Shown here piece after piece: positions 36,386 through 38,744 of a stretch of DNA of 38,744 nt. Made by a program: the position numbers and the translations under genes. The stretch covers positions 4,454,522 through 4,493,265 of the forward strand of contig NC_057760.1 of the NCBI RefSeq assembly GCF_004010195.1, given 5' to 3'. The stretch is from Chiloscyllium plagiosum. Its lineage: Eukaryota. Every line of letters begins with the position of its first letter. The stretch's first letter is position 1. The notes below the pieces were generated by a model. The model worked only from the letters and a program-made list of their open reading frames with translations. It made no database searches and was not told the origin of the DNA.

Positions 36386-36799
36386 TTTTACAGATCTTGG
36401 TTCCATAACCTTTAATAGCCTCACCTCACAAAAAAACCAGTTCTGCTCAATATCCAGTGCTCCAGTAATCCTAAGGGAGTAGACTGTTCCAGGTTCATGA
36501 CACTGGCAGAGCACTTAACAAGGAGGACTGTAAAGTTAAACACTTTTTCTTTTTTTTCTTTTTCTGTCTTTATATTCTATGTTTTGTTTAATTTTTCTGT
36601 GTTTTACGGTGGTGCTAGAGAATGATGACACGTTACAACATTTCAGTGTATTTTGTAACAAAATACACATGACAATAAATAAATCAAATCAAATTTCGAC
36701 TGTCATTTGTGTGGGAATGTGCTTCATGAAACATGGGTCACAAGAATCCAGCAATAGGAGCTGGACAAGCTTCTCTGGTATTCATTGTGGCCAGGGATA

Positions 36800-37575
36800 A
36801 TCTTCTGCCCCACTCTACCTCCCTCCCCAAACCCTTGTTCCTCATTTCCCTCAATATCCAAAAGTCTATTGGTTTCCTTTCATGAAAAGGAGCACTCACA
36901 GCTTTGAGGGCAAGAATTGTAAACTTTCACAACTCCCTGCAGTGAAAACAATCTCTCCTTATCCCTGTCTTACATAGAGACCATGTTCTCGATGATTCTG
37001 ATAGACTCTCCAGCCAGAGATCCTGGGATAAAGGCTCTAACTTACAAGAAACAAGTCGGGCCTATATCCATTGAAGTTTAAAAAAAGGAGGTGAGGTCTC
37101 ATTGAGACACCTAAATGCTGAGGGGACATGTCAGGGTGGATACTGAAAGGGTGAAGGGAGAAACTAGCACTAAGGAGCATTGCTTAAAAATAAATGAGCC
37201 CCCATTTAGGATGAAAAGGAAAATAATTTTCTTTTCTCTCAGGCACTGATTTATGACTATTAAGGGGATCAAGGGCTACCGGGAGAAGGAAGAGAATGGA
37301 GTTGAGAAACCTATCATGATCGAATAGTGGAGGGGACCCAATGGGCCAAATGGCCTAATTCCACTCCTGTGTCTTATAAGCCCATGGAATTTTCTTTCCC
37401 GGAAAACAGTTGAGGTGGGTCATTGAGTAACTCTAAGGCCTAGCTGGATGGACTATTAACTGAGAAAGGAGTCAGAAATTCTACGGGCAGACAGGGAAGG
37501 AGATTTGAAGCAACAATCAGATTAAAACGCAGAGTAGGCTTGACAGACTCAGTGGCCTACTCCGGTTCCTAACTC
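36800..37575. mobile_element. Cluster of degraded CR1 fragments in both orientations
   Basis: gggccaaatggcctaattccactcctgtgtcttat tail and other CR1 3' motifs. Confidence 0.6.
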
Positions 37576-38040
37576 CTAGCTGCATTTCACAGCAGCTGAA
37601 GGATTTTATCACCTCTTATACTCCAAACCTCAGGGAATGCTGGCTCTAGGTATTCCACCTGGAGCAATCCCCTCGTCGCAGAATGAGTCTAGTGAATCTT
37701 CATATCTCTCCCCAGAAGGAAAGTGCACCTTTTCTTTGGTAAAGAGACCAAGTTGGGCCCAGTATTGAACATATCACCTCATCAAAGACCTGCAAATTTG
37801 TAATCTCAGTATCTGATGCATATTTAATTCATTATTCTGCAATCAAAAGCTCGTCTAATGGTGAACATGAAACAACCAAATCTTGTGGATGAGGAGAAAC
37901 ATTAATACACATAAACAGGAAAGTTTGTTGAGTATCAACTTGCAAATTATTTAATGGCAGGTGGTATGGGTGGCATGGTGGCTGTGGGAGAATTTGACAA
38001 GAATGGCTTCCACACAGTTTTGTGTCAATTTTGGTCAAAT

Positions 38041-38400
38041 TCTCCCACAGTGGCTCAATGGTTAGCTTCGCCATCTCACAGCGCCAGGGACCCAGGTTTG
38101 ATTTTACCCTTGAATTACTGTCTGTGTGAAGTTTGCACATTCTCGCCATGTCTGCGTGGATTTCCAAAGAATGCTCTGATTTTCTCCCACAGTCGAAAGA
38201 TGTGCACGTTAGGTGGATTGGCCGTGTTTAACTGTGCGTAGTGTCCAGGGCTAGGTGGATTAGCCATGGGAAATGCAGGGTTACAGAGATAGTGTGGGGT
38301 GGTTGGAGGGAGGTTGGTCCAGGTGAGATGCTCCTTATCAGAGAGGCAGTGTGGACTTGATGGGCCGAATGGTCTGCTTCCACATTGTAGGGATTCTATG
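38041..38400 (+). mobile_element. HE1-type SINE
   Basis: cagtggctcaatggttagc...tcacagcgccagggacccaggtttgatt...ggacttgatgggccgaatgg...gtagggattctatg. Confidence 0.85.
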
Positions 38401-38486
38401 AAACAACTATTGATTGTTGCAAAAACCCATCTGATTCACCCGATGTCCAAGGGAGTGAAATCCATTGTCTTTACCATGTCTGACTT

Positions 38487-38744
38487 AGGAGAAAGTGAGG
38501 ACTGCAGATGCTGGAGATCAGAGCTGAAAAATGTGTTGCTGGAAAAGCGCAGCAGGTCAGGCAGCATCCAAGGAGCAGGAGAATCGACGTTTCGGGCATA
38601 AGCCCTTCTTCAGGAATGAGGAAGGTGTGCCAAGCAGGCTAAGATTAAAGGTAGGGAGGAGGGACTTGGGTGAGGGGCGTTGGGAATGCGATAGGTGGAA
38701 GGAGGTTAAGGTAAGTGTGATAGGCCGGAGAGGGGGTGGGGGCG
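38487..38744 (-). mobile_element. Penelope-like element 3' end (runs off window)
   Basis: Same tail as 1350, 5833 and 6352, continuing into the purine-rich 3' region. Confidence 0.88.
38583..38616 (-). ncRNA. Minimal hammerhead ribozyme motif
   Basis: Reverse complement ttcCTGAAGAa-gggc ttat gccc-GAAACGTCgat; core intact, stem I short. Confidence 0.6.

Overview
Eukaryotic genomic DNA whose repeat content (HE1-type SINEs, CR1/HER1 LINEs, Tx1-like L1, Penelope-like elements) points to a cartilaginous fish, probably a shark. Two protein-coding genes are partly present, both on the minus strand. The first is five consecutive phase-1 exons of LTBP4 (31365 to 24462), which stop at a 500-N gap with no further LTBP exons recognisable. 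The second is the 5' part of an estrogen-related receptor (coding exon 2769-2387, likely first exon ending at 4381), probably the ERR-delta paralog. The rest is intronic or intergenic. The most notable structure is a recurring set of short, often TSD-flanked, self-inverted Penelope-derived insertions carrying minimal hammerhead ribozyme motifs. The best example (18167-18580) has 147-bp inverted arms, each with an intact hammerhead core. The ERR start codon also appears to be created by splicing (AT|G). Repeat boundaries are approximate; exon, TSD and inverted-arm coordinates were counted by hand.
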